NCBI GenBank assembly: GCA_963920595.1
Contig: OY986946.1
Location: 1,054,001-1,118,000, forward strand
Origin: Eimeria praecox
Taxonomy: Eukaryota
Direction of reading: 5' to 3'
DNA: 64,000 nucleotides
Shown: positions 23,590 to 38,107 of the stretch, one piece after another
Layout: each line of letters starts with the position of its first letter
Numbering within the stretch: the stretch's first letter is position 1
Translations under genes and position numbers: made by a program
The notes under the pieces: generated by a model
Databases searched by the model: none
What the model was told of the DNA's origin: nothing
Seen by the model: the letters and a program-made list of their open reading frames with translations, nothing else

Positions 23590-24320
23590 AACACATACCA
23601 TACTCACACTACATACTACCATATAATCCATATACATACTCGACAACAACAAACTACACCCAACCACACAACAACGCCTCCCCTTTCCTGTCCTCGCCCC
23701 AGCAATACACCTACGCCTCTCTTCTATCAACCGCACACTAAGCGGATCCCGACAGGGGAATTTTCTCTTCACAAACTCTTGCATAAGGGTAGCAGAAGTG
23801 GTAAGGAAGCTGGTTACTAGCCAGCTTGATGCTTGTGAGCCAACACGCACAGGTATGTTGGCTTGGTTGTGAAGTGATCGGAGTTGCGCAGGGGTTTGTG
23901 TCCAAATGGTGATGAGGTGGGGACGGTGAGTACACAGGAGGGGAATGATGGGCATGAGGCTTGCAAGGGATTCTTTGGAGAGTTGAGAGCATGTGTGTTA
24001 GGGGTGGGGATACTGTATGCACCGGTGTGGTTGGAGTGGAGTGATGAGGATGCGACGGCATGAAGTATTTGTGGAGCAGTTGCTTGTCTTAAGGCGGTGA
24101 GGTTTGTGTGTATGTACGTGTGTCTAGAGGAAGCATGTGCATGTGAGGATATGGGATGGGTATGTGAATGATTGCATTGCGTAGCGATAGCGTGGATGAG
24201 GAGCGCATGAGCATAGGAAAGATGCCGTGATGATCCCGATGTATTGCTTGTGCATATATAGACAGAATAGAGTCCTTGGGCACGCAAAGGGATTGGTTGT
24301 GTGCGCATGGATAGAAAAAG

Positions 24321-24443
24321 AGGCCGTCATCACCCAAAGGGATTCCCGCGGAGTCCCCCACCGCAGTACTAACCGGGCCTTGCGCCGCTTAACTTCGGAG
24401 TTCAGATGGGATCCGGTGCATTCGACGCAGTATGAACGACGGC
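24321..24443 (-). rRNA. 5S rRNA: 5S rRNA copy 16
   Basis: Array consensus. Confidence 0.97.
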
Positions 24444-25174
24444 AACACATACCATACTCACACTACATACTACCATATAATCCATATACATACTCGACAA
24501 CAACAAACTACACCCAACCACACAACAACGCCTCCCCTTTCCTGTCCTCGCCCCAGCAATACACCTACGCCTCTCTTCTATCAACCGCACACTAAGCGGA
24601 TCCCGACAGGGGAATTTTCTCTTCACAAACTCTTGCATAAGGGTAGCAGAAGTGGTAAGGAAGCTGGTTACTAGCCAGCTTGATGCTTGTGAGCCAACAC
24701 GCACAGGTATGTTGGCTTGGTTGTGAAGTGATCGGAGTTGCGCAGGGGTTTGTGTCCAAATGGTGATGAGGTGGGGACGGTGAGTACACAGGAGGGGAAT
24801 GATGGGCATGAGGCTTGCAAGGGATTCTTTGGAGAGTTGAGAGCATGTGTGTTAGGGGTGGGGATACTGTATGCACCGGTGTGGTTGGAGTGGAGTGATG
24901 AGGATGCGACGGCATGAAGTATTTGTGGAGCAGTTGCTTGTCTTAAGGCGGTGAGGTTTGTGTGTATGTACGTGTGTCTAGAGGAAGCATGTGCATGTGA
25001 GGATATGGGATGGGTATGTGAATGATTGCATTGCGTAGCGATAGCGTGGATGAGGAGCGCATGAGCATAGGAAAGATGCCGTGATGATCCCGATGTATTG
25101 CTTGTGCATATATAGACAGAATAGAGTCCTTGGGCACGCAAAGGGATTGGTTGTGTGCGCATGGATAGAAAAAG

Positions 25175-25297
25175 AGGCCGTCATCACCCAAAGGGATTCC
25201 CGCGGAGTCCCCCACCGCAGTACTAACCGGGCCTTGCGCCGCTTAACTTCGGAGTTCAGATGGGATCCGGTGCATTCGACGCAGTATGAACGACGGC
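25175..25297 (-). rRNA. 5S rRNA: 5S rRNA copy 17
   Basis: Array consensus. Confidence 0.97.
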
Positions 25298-26028
25298 AAC
25301 ACATACCATACTCACACTACATACTACCATATAATCCATATACATACTCGACAACAACAAACTACACCCAACCACACAACAACGCCTCCCCTTTCCTGTC
25401 CTCGCCCTAGCAATACACCTACGCCTCTCTTCTATCAACCGCACACTAAGCGGATCCCGACCGGGGAATTTTCTCTTCACAAACTCTTGCATAAGGGTAG
25501 CAGAAGTGGTAAGGAAGCTGGTTACTAGCCAGCTTGATGCTTGTGAGCCAACACGCACAGGTATGTTGGCTTGGTTGTGAAATGATCGGAGTTGCGCAGG
25601 AGTTTGTGTCCAAATGGTGATGAGGTGGGGACGGTGAGTACACAGGAGGAGAATGATGGGCATTAGGCTTGCAAGGGTTTCTTTGGAGAGTTGAGAGCAT
25701 GTGTGTTAGGGGTGGGGATACGGTATGCACCGGTGTGCTTGGAGTGGAGTGGTGAGGATGCGACGGCATGAAGTATTTGTGGAGCGGTTGCTTGTCTTAA
25801 GGCGGTGAGGTTTGTGTGTATGTACGTGTGTCTAGAGGAAGCATGTGCATGTGAGGATATGGGATGGGTATGTGAATGATTGCATTGCGTAGAGATAGTG
25901 TGGATGAGGAGCGCATGAGCATAGGAAAGATGCCCTGATGATCCCGATGTACTGCTTGTGCATATATAGACAGAATAGAGTCCTTGGGCACGCAAAGGGA
26001 TTGGTTGTGTGTGCATGGATAGAAAAAG

Positions 26029-26151
26029 AGGCCGTCATCACCCAAAGGGATTCCCGCGGAGTCCCCCACCGCAGTACTAACCGGGCCTTGCGCCGCTTAA
26101 CTTCGGAGTTCAGATGGGATCCGGTGCATTCGACGCAGTATGAACGACGGC
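26029..26151 (-). rRNA. 5S rRNA: 5S rRNA copy 18
   Basis: Array consensus. Confidence 0.97.
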
Positions 26152-26882
26152 AACACATACCATACTCACACAACATACTACCATATAATCCATATACATA
26201 CTCGACAACAACAAACTACACCCAACCACACAACAACGCCTCCCCTTTCCTGTCCTCGCCCTAGCAATACACCTACGCCTCTCTTCTATCAACCGCACAC
26301 TAAGCGGATCCCGACAGGGGACTTTTCTCGTCAGCAACTCTTGCATAAGGGTAGCAGAAGTGGTAAGGAAGCTGGTTACTAGCCAGCTTGATGCTTGTGA
26401 GCCAACACGCACAGGTATGTTGGCTTGGTTGTGAAGTGATCGGAGTTGCGCAGGGGTTTGTGTCCAAATGGTGATGAGGTGGGGACGGTGAGTACACAGG
26501 AGGGGAATGATGGGCATGAGGCTTGCAAGGGTTTCTTTGGAGAGTTGAGAGCATGTGTGTTAGGGGTGGGGATACTGTATGCACCGGTGTGGTTGGAGTG
26601 GAGTGATGAGGATGCGACGGCATGAAGTACTTGTGGAGCGGTTGCTTGTCTTAAGGCGGTGAGGTTTGTGTGTATGTACGTGTGTGTAGAGGAAGCATGT
26701 GCATGTGAGGATATGGGATGGGTATGTGAATGATTGCATTGCGTAGCGATAGCGTGGATGAGGAGCGCATGAGCATAGGAAAGATGCCGTGATGATCCCG
26801 ATGTATTGCTTGTGCATATATAGACAGAATAGAGTCCTTGGGCACGCAAAGGGATTGGTTGTGTGTGCATGGATAGAAAAAG

Positions 26883-27005
26883 AGGCCGTCATCACCCAAA
26901 GGGATTCCCGCGGAGTCCCCCACCGCAGTACTAACCGGGCCTTGCGCCGCTTAACTTCGGAGTTCAGATGGGATCCGGTGCATTCGACGCAGTATGAACG
27001 ACGGC
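26883..27005 (-). rRNA. 5S rRNA: 5S rRNA copy 19
   Basis: Array consensus. Confidence 0.97.
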
Positions 27006-27736
27006 AACACATACCATACTCACACAACATACTACCATATAATCCATATACATACTCGACAACAACAAACTACACCCAACCACACAACAACGCCTCCCCT
27101 TTCCTTTCCTCGCCCTAGCAATACACCTACGCCTCTCTTCTATCAACCGCACACTAAGCGGATCCCGACAGGGGACTTTTCTCGTCAGCAACTCTTGCAT
27201 AAGGGTAGCAGAAGTGGTAAGGAAGCTGGTTACTAGCCAGCTTGATGCTTGTGAGCCAACACGCACAGGTATGTTGGCTTGGTTGTGAAGTGATCGGAGT
27301 TGCGCAGGGGTTTGTGTCCAAATGGTGATGAGGTGGGGACGGTGAGTACACAGGAGGGGAATGATGGGCATGAGGCTTGCAAGGGTTTCTTTGGAGAGTT
27401 GAGAGCATGTGTGTTAGGGGTGGGGATACTGTATGCACCGGTGTGGTTGGAGTGGAGTGATGAGGATGCGACGGCATGAAGTACTTGTGGAGCGGTTGCT
27501 TGTCTTAAGGCGGTGAGGTTTGTGTGTATGTACGTGTGTGTAGAGGAAGCATGTGCATGTGAGGATATGGGATGGGTATGTGAATGATTGCATTGCGTAG
27601 CGATAGCGTGGATGAGGAGCGCATGAGCATAGGAAAGATGCCGTGATGATCCCGATGTATTGCTTGTGCATATATAGACAGAATAGAGTCCTTGGGCACG
27701 CAAAGGGATTGGTTGTGTGTGCATGGATAGAAAAAG

Positions 27737-27859
27737 AGGCCGTCATCACCCAAAGGGATTCCCGCGGAGTCCCCCACCGCAGTACTAACCGGGCCTTGCG
27801 CCGCTTAACTTCGGAGTTCAGATGGGATCCGGTGCATTCGACGCAGTATGAACGACGGC
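27737..27859 (-). rRNA. 5S rRNA: 5S rRNA copy 20
   Basis: Array consensus. Confidence 0.97.
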
Positions 27860-28590
27860 AACACATACCATACTCACACTACATACTACCATATAATCCA
27901 TATACATACTCGACAACAACAAACTACACCCAACCACACAACAACGCCTCCCCTTTCCTTTCCTCGCCCTAGCAATACACCTACGCCTCTCTTCTATCAA
28001 CCGCACACTAAGCGGATCCCGACAGGGGACTTTTCTCGTCAGCAACTCTTGCATAAGGGTAGCAGAAGTGGTAAGGAAGCTGGTTACTAGCCAGCTTGAT
28101 GCTTGTGAGCCAACACGCACAGGTATGTTGGCTTGGTTGTGAAGTGATCGGAGTTGCGCAGGGGTTTGTGTCCAAATGGTGATGAGGTGGGGACGGTGAG
28201 TACACAGGAGGGGAATGATGGGCATGAGGCTTGCAAGGGTTTCTTTGGAGAGTTGAGAGCATGTGTGTTAGGGGTGGGGATACTGTATGCACCGGTGTGG
28301 TTGGAGTGGAGTGATGAGGATGCGACGGCATGAAGTACTTGTGGAGCGGTTGCTTGTCTTAAGGCGGTGAGGTTTGTGTGTATGTACGTGTGTGTAGAGG
28401 AAGCATGTGCATGTGAGGATATGGGATGGGTATGTGAATGATTGCATTGCGTAGCGATAGCGTGGATGAGGAGCGCATGAGCATAGGAAAGATGCCGTGA
28501 TGATCCCGATGTATTGCTTGTGCATATATAGACAGAATAGAGTCCTTGGGCACGCAAAGGGATTGGTTGTGTGTGCATGGATAGAAAAAG

Positions 28591-28713
28591 AGGCCGTCAT
28601 CACCCAAAGGGATTCCCGCGGAGTCCCCCACCGCAGTACTAACCGGGCCTTGCGCCGCTTAACTTCGGAGTTCAGATGGGATCCGGTGCATTCGACGCAG
28701 TATGAACGACGGC
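28591..28713 (-). rRNA. 5S rRNA: 5S rRNA copy 21
   Basis: Array consensus. Confidence 0.97.
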
Positions 28714-29444
28714 AACACATACCATACTCACACAACATACTACCATATAATCCATATACATACTCGACAACAACAAACTACACCCAACCACACAACAACG
28801 CCTCCCCTTCCCTGTCCTCGCCCTAGCAATACACCTACGCCTCTCTTCTATCAACCGCACACTAAGCGGATCCCGACAGGGGAATTTTCTCTTCACAAAC
28901 TCTTGCATAAGGGTAGCAGAAGTGGTAAGGAAGCTGGTTACTAGCCAGCTTGATGCTTGTGAGCCAACACGCACAGGTATGTTGGCTTGGTTGTGAAGTG
29001 ATCGGAGTTGCGCAGGGGTTTGTGTCCAAATGGTGATGAGGTGGGGACGGTGAGTACACAGGAGGAGAATGATGGGCATTAGGCTTGCAAGGGTTTCTTT
29101 GGAGAGTTGAGAGCATGTGTGTTAGGGGTGGGGATACGGTATGCACCGGTGTGCTTGGAGTGGAGTGATGAGGATGCGACGGCATGAAGTATTTGTGGAG
29201 CGGTTGCTTGTCTTAAGGCGGTGAGGTTTGTGTGTATGTACGTGTGTGTAGAGGAAGCATGTGCATGTGAGGATATGGGATGGGTATGTGAATGATTGCA
29301 TTGCGTAGCGATAGCGTGGATGAGGAGCGCATGAGCATAGGAAAGATGCCGTGATGATCCCGATGTATTGCTTGTGCATATATAGACAGAATAGAGTCCT
29401 TGGGCACGCAAAGGGATTGGTTGTGTGTGCATGGATAGAAAAAG

Positions 29445-29567
29445 AGGCCGTCATCACCCAAAGGGATTCCCGCGGAGTCCCCCACCGCAGTACTAACCGG
29501 GCCTTGCGCCGCTTAACTTCGGAGTTCAGATGGGATCCGGTGCATTCGACGCAGTATGAACGACGGC
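29445..29567 (-). rRNA. 5S rRNA: 5S rRNA copy 22
   Basis: Array consensus. Confidence 0.97.
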
Positions 29568-30298
29568 AACACATACCATACTCACACAACATACTACCAT
29601 ATAATCCATATACATACTCGACAACAACAAACTACACCCAACCACACAACAACGCCTCCCCTTTCCTGTCCTCGCCCCAGCAATACACCTACGCCTCTCT
29701 TCTATCAACCGCACACTAAGCGGATCCCGACAGGGGAATTTTCTCTTCACAAACTCTTGCATAAGGGTAGCAGAAGTGGTAAGGAAGCTGGTTACTAGCC
29801 AGCTTGATGCTTGTGAGCCAACACGCACAGGTATGTTGGCTTGGTTGTGAAGTGATCGGAGTTGCGCAGGGGTTTGTGTCCAAATGGTGATGAGGTGGGG
29901 ACGGTGAGTACACAGGAGGGGAATGATGGGCATGAGGCTTGCAAGGGATTCTTTGGAGAGTTGAGAGCATGTGTGTTAGGGGTGGGGATACTGTATGCAC
30001 CGGTGTGGTTGGAGTGGAGTGATGAGGATGCGACGGCATGAAGTATTTGTGGAGCGGTTGCTTGTCTTAAGGCGGTGAGGTTTGTGTGTATGTACGTGTG
30101 TGTAGAGGAAGCATGTGCATGTGAGGATATGGGATGGGTATGTGAATGATTGCATTGCGTAGCGATAGCGTGGATGAGGAGCGCATGAGCATAGGAAAGA
30201 TGCCCTGATGATCCCGATGTATTGCTTGTGCATATATAGACAGAATAGAGTCCTTGGGCACGCAAAGGGATTGGTTGTGTGTGCATGGATAGAAAAAG

Positions 30299-30421
30299 AG
30301 GCCGTCATCACCCAAAGGGATTCCCGCGGAGTCCCCCACCGCAGTACTAACCGGGCCTTGCGCCGCTTAACTTCGGAGTTCAGATGGGATCCGGTGCATT
30401 CGACGCAGTATGAACGACGGC
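30299..30421 (-). rRNA. 5S rRNA: 5S rRNA copy 23
   Basis: Array consensus. Confidence 0.97.
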
Positions 30422-31152
30422 AACACATACCATACTCACACAACATACTACCATATAATCCATATACATACTCGACAACAACAAACTACACCCAACCACA
30501 CAACAACGCCTCCCCTTTCCTGTCCTCGCCCTAGCAATACACCTACGCCTCTCTTCTATCAACCGCACACTAAGCGGATCCCGACCGGGGAATTTTATCT
30601 TCACAAACTCTTGCATAAGGGTAGCAGAAGTGGTAAGGAAGCTGGTTACTAGCCAGCTTGATGCTTGTGAGCCAACACGCACAGGTATGTTGGCTGGGTT
30701 GTGAAATGATCGGAGTTGCGCAGGAGTTTGTGTCCAAATGGTGATGAGGTGGGGACGGTGAGTACACAGGAGGGGAATGATGGGCATTAGGCTTGCAAGG
30801 GTTTCTTTGGAGAGTTGAGAGCATGTGTGTTAGGGGTGGGGATACGGTATGCACCGGTGTGCTTGGAGTGGAGTGGTGAGGATGCGACGGCATGAAGTAT
30901 TTGTGGAGTGGTTGCTTGTCTTAAGGCGGTGAGGTTTGTGTGTATGTACGTGTGTGTAGAGGAAGCATGTGCATGTGAGGATATGGGATGGGTATGTGAA
31001 TGATTGCATTGCGTAGCGATAGCGTGGATGAGGAGCGCATGAGCATAGGAAAGATGCCGTGATGATCCCGATGTATTGCTTGTGCATATATAGACAGAAT
31101 AGAGTCCTTGGGCACGCAAAGGGATTGGTTGTGTGTGCATGGATAGAAAAAG

Positions 31153-31275
31153 AGGCCGTCATCACCCAAAGGGATTCCCGCGGAGTCCCCCACCGCAGTA
31201 CTAACCGGGCCTTGCGCCGCTTAACTTCGGAGTTCAGATGGGATCCGGTGCATTCGACGCAGTATGAACGACGGC
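31153..31275 (-). rRNA. 5S rRNA: 5S rRNA copy 24
   Basis: Array consensus. Confidence 0.97.
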
Positions 31276-32006
31276 AACACATACCATACTCACACAACAT
31301 ACTACCATATAATCCATATACATACTCGACAACAACAAACTACACCCAACCACACAACAACGCCTCCCCTTTCCTGTCCTCGCCCCAGCAATACACCTAC
31401 GCCTCTCTTCTATCAACCGCACACTAAGCGGATCCCGACAGGGGAATTTTCTCTTCACAAACTCTTGCATAAGGGTAGCAGAAGTGGTAAGGAAGCTGGT
31501 TACTAGCCAGCTTGATGCTTGTGAGCCAACACGCACAGGTATGTTGGCTTGGTTGTGAAGTGATCGGAGTTGCGCAGGGGTTTGTGTCCAAATGGTGATG
31601 AGGTGGGGACGGTGAGTACACAGGAGGGGAATGATGGGCATGAGGCTTGCAAGGGATTCTTTGGAGAGTTGAGAGCATGTGTGTTAGGGGTGGGGATACT
31701 GTATGCACCGGTGTGGTTGGAGTGGAGTGATGAGGATGCGACGGCATGAAGTATTTGTGGAGCGGTTGCTTGTCTTAAGGCGGTGAGGTTTGTGTGTATG
31801 TACGTGTGTGTAGAGGAAGCATGTGCATGTGAGGATATGGGATGGGTATGTGAATGATTGCATTGCGTAGCGATAGCGTGGATGAGGAGCGCATGAGCAT
31901 AGGAAAGATGCCGTGATGATCCCGATGTATTGCTTGTGCATATATAGACAGAATAGAGTCCTTGGGCACGCAAAGGGATTGGTTGTGTGTGCATGGATAG
32001 AAAAAG

Positions 32007-32129
32007 AGGCCGTCATCACCCAAAGGGATTCCCGCGGAGTCCCCCACCGCAGTACTAACCGGGCCTTGCGCCGCTTAACTTCGGAGTTCAGATGGGATCC
32101 GGTGCATTCGACGCAGTATGAACGACGGC
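32007..32129 (-). rRNA. 5S rRNA: 5S rRNA copy 25
   Basis: Array consensus. Confidence 0.97.
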
Positions 32130-32860
32130 AACACATACCATACTCACACAACATACTACCATATAATCCATATACATACTCGACAACAACAAACTACACC
32201 CAACCACACAACAACGCCTCCCCTTTCCTGTCCTCGCCCTAGCAATACACCTACGCCTCTCTTCTATCAACCGCACACTAAGCGGATCCCGACCGGGGAA
32301 TTTTATCTTCACAAACTCTTGCATAAGGGTAGCAGAAGTGGTAAGGAAGCTGGTTACTAGCCAGCTTGATGCTTGTGAGCCAACACGCACAGGTATGTTG
32401 GCTGGGTTGTGAAATGATCGGAGTTGCGCAGGAGTTTGTGTCCAAATGGTGATGAGGTGGGGACGGTGAGTACACAGGAGGGGAATGATGGGCATTAGGC
32501 TTGCAAGGGTTTCTTTGGAGAGTTGAGAGCATGTGTGTTAGGGGTGGGGATACGGTATGCACCGGTGTGCTTGGAGTGGAGTGATGAGGATGCGACGGCA
32601 TGAAGTATTTGTGGAGTGGTTGCTTGTCTTAAGGCGGTGAGGTTTGTGTGTATGTACGTGTGTGTAGAGGAAGCATGTGCATGTGAGGATATGGGATGGG
32701 TATGTGAATGATTGCATTGCGTAGCGATAGCGTGGATGAGGAGCGCATGAGCATAGGAAAGATGCCGTGATGATCCCGATGTATTGCTTGTGCATATATA
32801 GACAGAATAGAGTCCTTGGGCACGCAAAGGGATTGGTTGTGTGTGCATGGATAGAAAAAG

Positions 32861-32983
32861 AGGCCGTCATCACCCAAAGGGATTCCCGCGGAGTCCCCCA
32901 CCGCAGTACTAACCGGGCCTTGCGCCGCTTAACTTCGGAGTTCAGATGGGATCCGGTGCATTCGACGCAGTATGAACGACGGC
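32861..32983 (-). rRNA. 5S rRNA: 5S rRNA copy 26
   Basis: Array consensus. Confidence 0.97.
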
Positions 32984-33714
32984 AACACATACCATACTCA
33001 CACAACATACTACCATATAATCCATATACATACTCTACAACAACAAACTACACCCAACCACACAACAACGCCTCCCCTTTCCTGTCCTCGCCCTAGCAAT
33101 ACACCTACGCCTCTCTTCTATCAACCGCACACTAAGCGGATCCCGACCGGGGAATTTTATCTTCACAAACTCTTGCATAAGGGTAGCAGAAGTGGTAAGG
33201 AAGCTGGTTACTAGCCAGCTTGATGCTTGTGAGCCAACACGCACAGGTATGTTGGCTGGGTTGTGAAATGATCGGAGTTGCGCAGGAGTTTGTGTCCAAA
33301 TGGTGATGAGGTGGGGACGGTGAGTACACAGGAGGGGAATGATGGGCATTAGGCTTGCAAGGGTTTCTTTGGAGAGTTGAGAGCATGTGTGTTAGGGGTG
33401 GGGATACGGTATGCACCGGTGTGCTTGGAGTGGAGTGATGAGGATGCGACGGCATGAAGTATTTGTGGAGTGGTTGCTTGTCTTAAGGCGGTGAGGTTTG
33501 TGTGTATGTACGTGTGTCTAGAGGAAGCATGTGCATGTGAGGATATGGGATGGGTATGTGAATGATTGCATTGCGTAGCGATAGCGTGGATGAGGAGCGC
33601 ATGAGCATAGGAAAGATGCCCTGATGATCGCGATGTATTGCTTGTGCATATATAGACAGAATAGAGTCCTTGGGCACGCAAAGGGATTGGTTGTGTGTGC
33701 ATGGATAGAAAAAG

Positions 33715-33837
33715 AGGCCGTCATCACCCAAAGGGATTCCCGCGGAGTCCCCCACCGCAGTACTAACCGGGCCTTGCGCCGCTTAACTTCGGAGTTCAGA
33801 TGGGATCCGGTGCATTCGACGCAGTATGAACGACGGC
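33715..33837 (-). rRNA. 5S rRNA: 5S rRNA copy 27
   Basis: Array consensus. Confidence 0.97.
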
Positions 33838-34568
33838 AACACATACCATACTCACACAACATACTACCATATAATCCATATACATATTCGACAACAACAA
33901 ACTACACCCAACCACACAACAACGCCTCCCCTTCCCTGTCCTCGCCCTAGCAATACACCTACGCCTCTCTTCTATCAACCGCACACTAAGCGGATCCCGA
34001 CAGGGGACTTTTCTCGTCAGCAACTCTTGCATAAGGGTAGCAGAAGTGGTAAGGAAGCTGGTTACTAGCCAGCTTGATGCTTGTGAGCCAACACGCACAG
34101 GTATGTTGGCTTGGTTGTGAAGTGATCGGAGTTGCGCAGGGGTTTGTGTCCAAATGGTGATGAGGTGGGGACGGTGAGTACACAGGAGGGGAATGATGGG
34201 CATGAGGCTTGCAAGGGTTTCTTTGGAGAGTTGAGAGCATGTGTGTTAGGGGTGGGGATACTGTATGCACCGGTGTGGTTGGAGTGGAGTGATGAGGATG
34301 CGACGGCATGAAGTACTTGTGGAGCGGTTGCTTGTCTTAAGGCGGTGAGGTTTGTGTGCATGTACGTGTGTGTAGAGGAAGCATGTGCATGTGAGGATAT
34401 GGGATGGGTATGTGAATGATTGCATTGCGTAGCGATAGCGTGGATGAGGAGCGCATGAGCATAGGAAAGATGCCGTGATGATCCCGATGTATTGCTTGTG
34501 CATATATAGACAGAATAGAGTCCTTGGGCACGCAAAGGGATTGGTTGTGTGTGCATGGATAGAAAAAG

Positions 34569-34691
34569 AGGCCGTCATCACCCAAAGGGATTCCCGCGGA
34601 GTCCCCCACCGCAGTACTAACCGGGCCTTGCGCCGCTTAACTTCGGAGTTCAGATGGGATCCGGTGCATTCGACGCAGTATGAACGACGGC
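34569..34691 (-). rRNA. 5S rRNA: 5S rRNA copy 28
   Basis: Array consensus. Confidence 0.97.
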
Positions 34692-35422
34692 AACACATAC
34701 CATACTCGCACAACATACTACCATATAATCCATATACATATTCGACAACAACAAACTACACCCAACCACACAACAACGCCTCCCCTTCCCTGTCCTCGCC
34801 CTAGCAATACACCTACGCCTCTCTTCTATCAACCGCACACTAAGCGGATCCCGACAGGGGACTTTTCTCGTCAGCAACTCTTGCATAAGGGTAGCAGAAG
34901 TGGTAAGGAAGCTGGTTACTAGCCAGCTTGATGCTTGTGAGCCAACACGCACAGGTATGTTGGCTTGGTTGTGAAGTGATCGGAGTTGCGCAGGGGTTTG
35001 TGTCCAAATGGTGATGAGGTGGGGACGGTGAGTACACAGGAGGAGAATGATGGGCATTAGGCTTGCAAGGGTTTCTTTGGAGAGTTGAGAGCATGTGTGT
35101 TAGGGGTGGGGATACGGTATGCACCGGTGTGGTTGGAGTGGAGTGATGAGGATGCGACGGCATGAAGTATTTGTGGAGCGGTTGCTTGTCTTAAGGCGGT
35201 GAGGTTTGTGTGTATGTACGTGTGTGTAGAGGAAGCATGTGCATGTGAGGATATGGGATGGGTATGTGAATGATTGCATTGCGTAGCGATAGCGTGGATG
35301 AGGAGCGCATGAGCATAGGAAAGATGCCGTGATGATCCCGATGTATTGCTTGTGCATATATAGACAGAATAGAGTCCTTGGGCACGCAAAGGGATTGGTT
35401 GTGTGTGCATGGATAGAAAAAG

Positions 35423-35545
35423 AGGCCGTCATCACCCAAAGGGATTCCCGCGGAGTCCCCCACCGCAGTACTAACCGGGCCTTGCGCCGCTTAACTTCGG
35501 AGTTCAGATGGGATCCGGTGCATTCGACGCAGTATGAACGACGGC
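35423..35545 (-). rRNA. 5S rRNA: 5S rRNA copy 29
   Basis: Array consensus. Confidence 0.97.
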
Positions 35546-36276
35546 AACACATACCATACTCACACAACATACTACCATATAATCCATATACATACTCGAC
35601 AACAACAAACTACACCCAACCACACAACAACGCCTCCCCTTTCCTGTCCTCGCCCTAGCAATACACCTACGCCTCTCTTCTATCAACCGCACACTAAGCG
35701 GATCCCGACAGGGGACTTTTCTCGTCAGCAACTCTTGCATAAGGGTAGCAGAAGTGGTAAGGAAGCTGGTTACTAGCCAGCTTGATGCTTGTGAGCCAAC
35801 ACGCACAGGTATGTTGGCTTGGTTGTGAAGTGATCGGAGTTGCGCAGGGGTTTGTGTCCAAATGGTGATGAGGTGGGGACGGTGAGTACACAGGAGGGGA
35901 ATGATGGGCATGAGGCTTGCAAGGGTTTCTTTGGAGAGTTGAGAGCATGTGTGTTAGGGGTGGGGATACTGTATGCACCGGTGTGGTTGGAGTGGAGTGA
36001 TGAGGATGCGACGGCATGAAGTATTTGTGGAGCGGTTGCTTGTCTTAAGGCGGTGAGGTTTGTGTGTATGTACGTGTGTGTAGAGGAAGCATGTGCATGT
36101 GAGGATATGGGATGGGTATGTGAATGATTGCATTGCGTAGCGATAGCGTGGATGAGGAGCGCATGAGCATAGGAAAGATGCCCTGATGATCGCGATGTAT
36201 TGCTTGTGCATATATAGACAGAATAGAGTCCTTGGGCACGCAAAGGGATTGGTTGTGTGTGCATGGATAGAAAAAG

Positions 36277-36399
36277 AGGCCGTCATCACCCAAAGGGATT
36301 CCCGCGGAGTCCCCCACCGCAGTACTAACCGGGCCTTGCGCCGCTTAACTTCGGAGTTCAGATGGGATCCGGTGCATTCGACGCAGTATGAACGACGGC
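36277..36399 (-). rRNA. 5S rRNA: 5S rRNA copy 30
   Basis: Array consensus. Confidence 0.97.
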
Positions 36400-37130
36400 A
36401 ACACATACCATACTCACACAACATACTACCATATAATCCATATACATACTCGACAACAACAAACTACACCCAACCACACAACAACGCCTCCCCTTCCCTG
36501 TCCTCGCCCTAGCAATACACCTACGCCTCTCTTCTATCAACCGCACACTAAGCGGATCCCGACAGGGGAATTTTCTCTTCACAAACTCTTGCATAAGGGT
36601 AGCAGAAGTGGTAAGGAAGCTGGTTACTAGCCAGCTTGATGCTTGTGAGCCAACACGCACAGGTATGTTGGCTTGGTTGTGAAGTGATCGGAGTTGCGCA
36701 GGGGTTTGTGTCCAAATGGTGATGAGGTGGGGACGGTGAGTACACAGGAGGAGAATGATGGGCATTAGGCTTGCAAGGGTTTCTTTGGAGAGTTGAGAGC
36801 ATGTGTGTTAGGGGTGGGGATACGGTATGCACCGGTGTGGTTGGAGTGGAGTGATGAGGATGCGACGGCATGAAGTATTTGTGGAGCGGTTGCTTGTCTT
36901 AAGGCGGTGAGGTTTGTGTGTATGTACGTGTGTGTAGAGGAAGCATGTGCATGTGAGGATATGGGATGGGTATGTGAATGATTGCATTGCGTAGCGATAG
37001 CGTGGATGAGGAGCGCATGAGCATAGGAAAGATGCCCTGATGATCGCGATGTATTGCTTGTGCATATATAGACAGAATAGAGTCCTTGGGCACGCAAAGG
37101 GATTGGTTGTGTGTGCATGGATAGAAAAAG

Positions 37131-37253
37131 AGGCCGTCATCACCCAAAGGGATTCCCGCGGAGTCCCCCACCGCAGTACTAACCGGGCCTTGCGCCGCTT
37201 AACTTCGGAGTTCAGATGGGATCCGGTGCATTCGACGCAGTATGAACGACGGC
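37131..37253 (-). rRNA. 5S rRNA: 5S rRNA copy 31
   Basis: Array consensus. Confidence 0.97.
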
Positions 37254-37984
37254 AACACATACCATACTCACACAACATACTACCATATAATCCATATACA
37301 TACTCGACAACAACAAACTACACCCAACCACACAACAACGCCTCCCCTTTCCTGTCCTCGCCCTAGCAATACACCTACGCCTCTCTTCTATCAACCGCAC
37401 ACTAAGCGGATCCCGACAGGGGACTTTTCTCGTCAGCAACTCTTGCATAAGGGTAGCAGAAGTGGTAAGGAAGCTGGTTACTAGCCAGCTTGATGCTTGT
37501 GAGCCAACACGCACAGGTATGTTGGCTTGGTTGTGAAGTGATCGGAGTTGCGCAGGGGTTTGTGTCCAAATGGTGATGAGGTGGGGACGGTGAGTACACA
37601 GGAGGGGAATGATGGGCATGAGGCTTGCAAGGGTTTCTTTGGAGAGTTGAGAGCATGTGTGTTAGGGGTGGGGATACTGTATGCACCGGTGTGGTTGGAG
37701 TGGAGTGATGAGGATGCGACGGCATGAAGTATTTGTGGAGCGGTTGCTTGTCTTAAGGCGGTGAGGTTTGTGTGTATGTACGTGTGTGTAGAGGAAGCAT
37801 GTGCATGTGAGGATATGGGATGGGTATGTGAATGATTGCATTGCGTAGCGATAGCGTGGATGAGGAGCGCATGAGCATAGGAAAGATGCCCTGATGATCG
37901 CGATGTATTGCTTGTGCATATATAGACAGAATAGAGTCCTTGGGCACGCAAAGGGATTGGTTGTGTGTGCATGGATAGAAAAAG

Positions 37985-38107
37985 AGGCCGTCATCACCCA
38001 AAGGGATTCCCGCGGAGTCCCCCACCGCAGTACTAACCGGGCCTTGCGCCGCTTAACTTCGGAGTTCAGATGGGATCCGGTGCATTCGACGCAGTATGAA
38101 CGACGGC
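37985..38107 (-). rRNA. 5S rRNA: 5S rRNA copy 32
   Basis: Array consensus. Confidence 0.97.
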
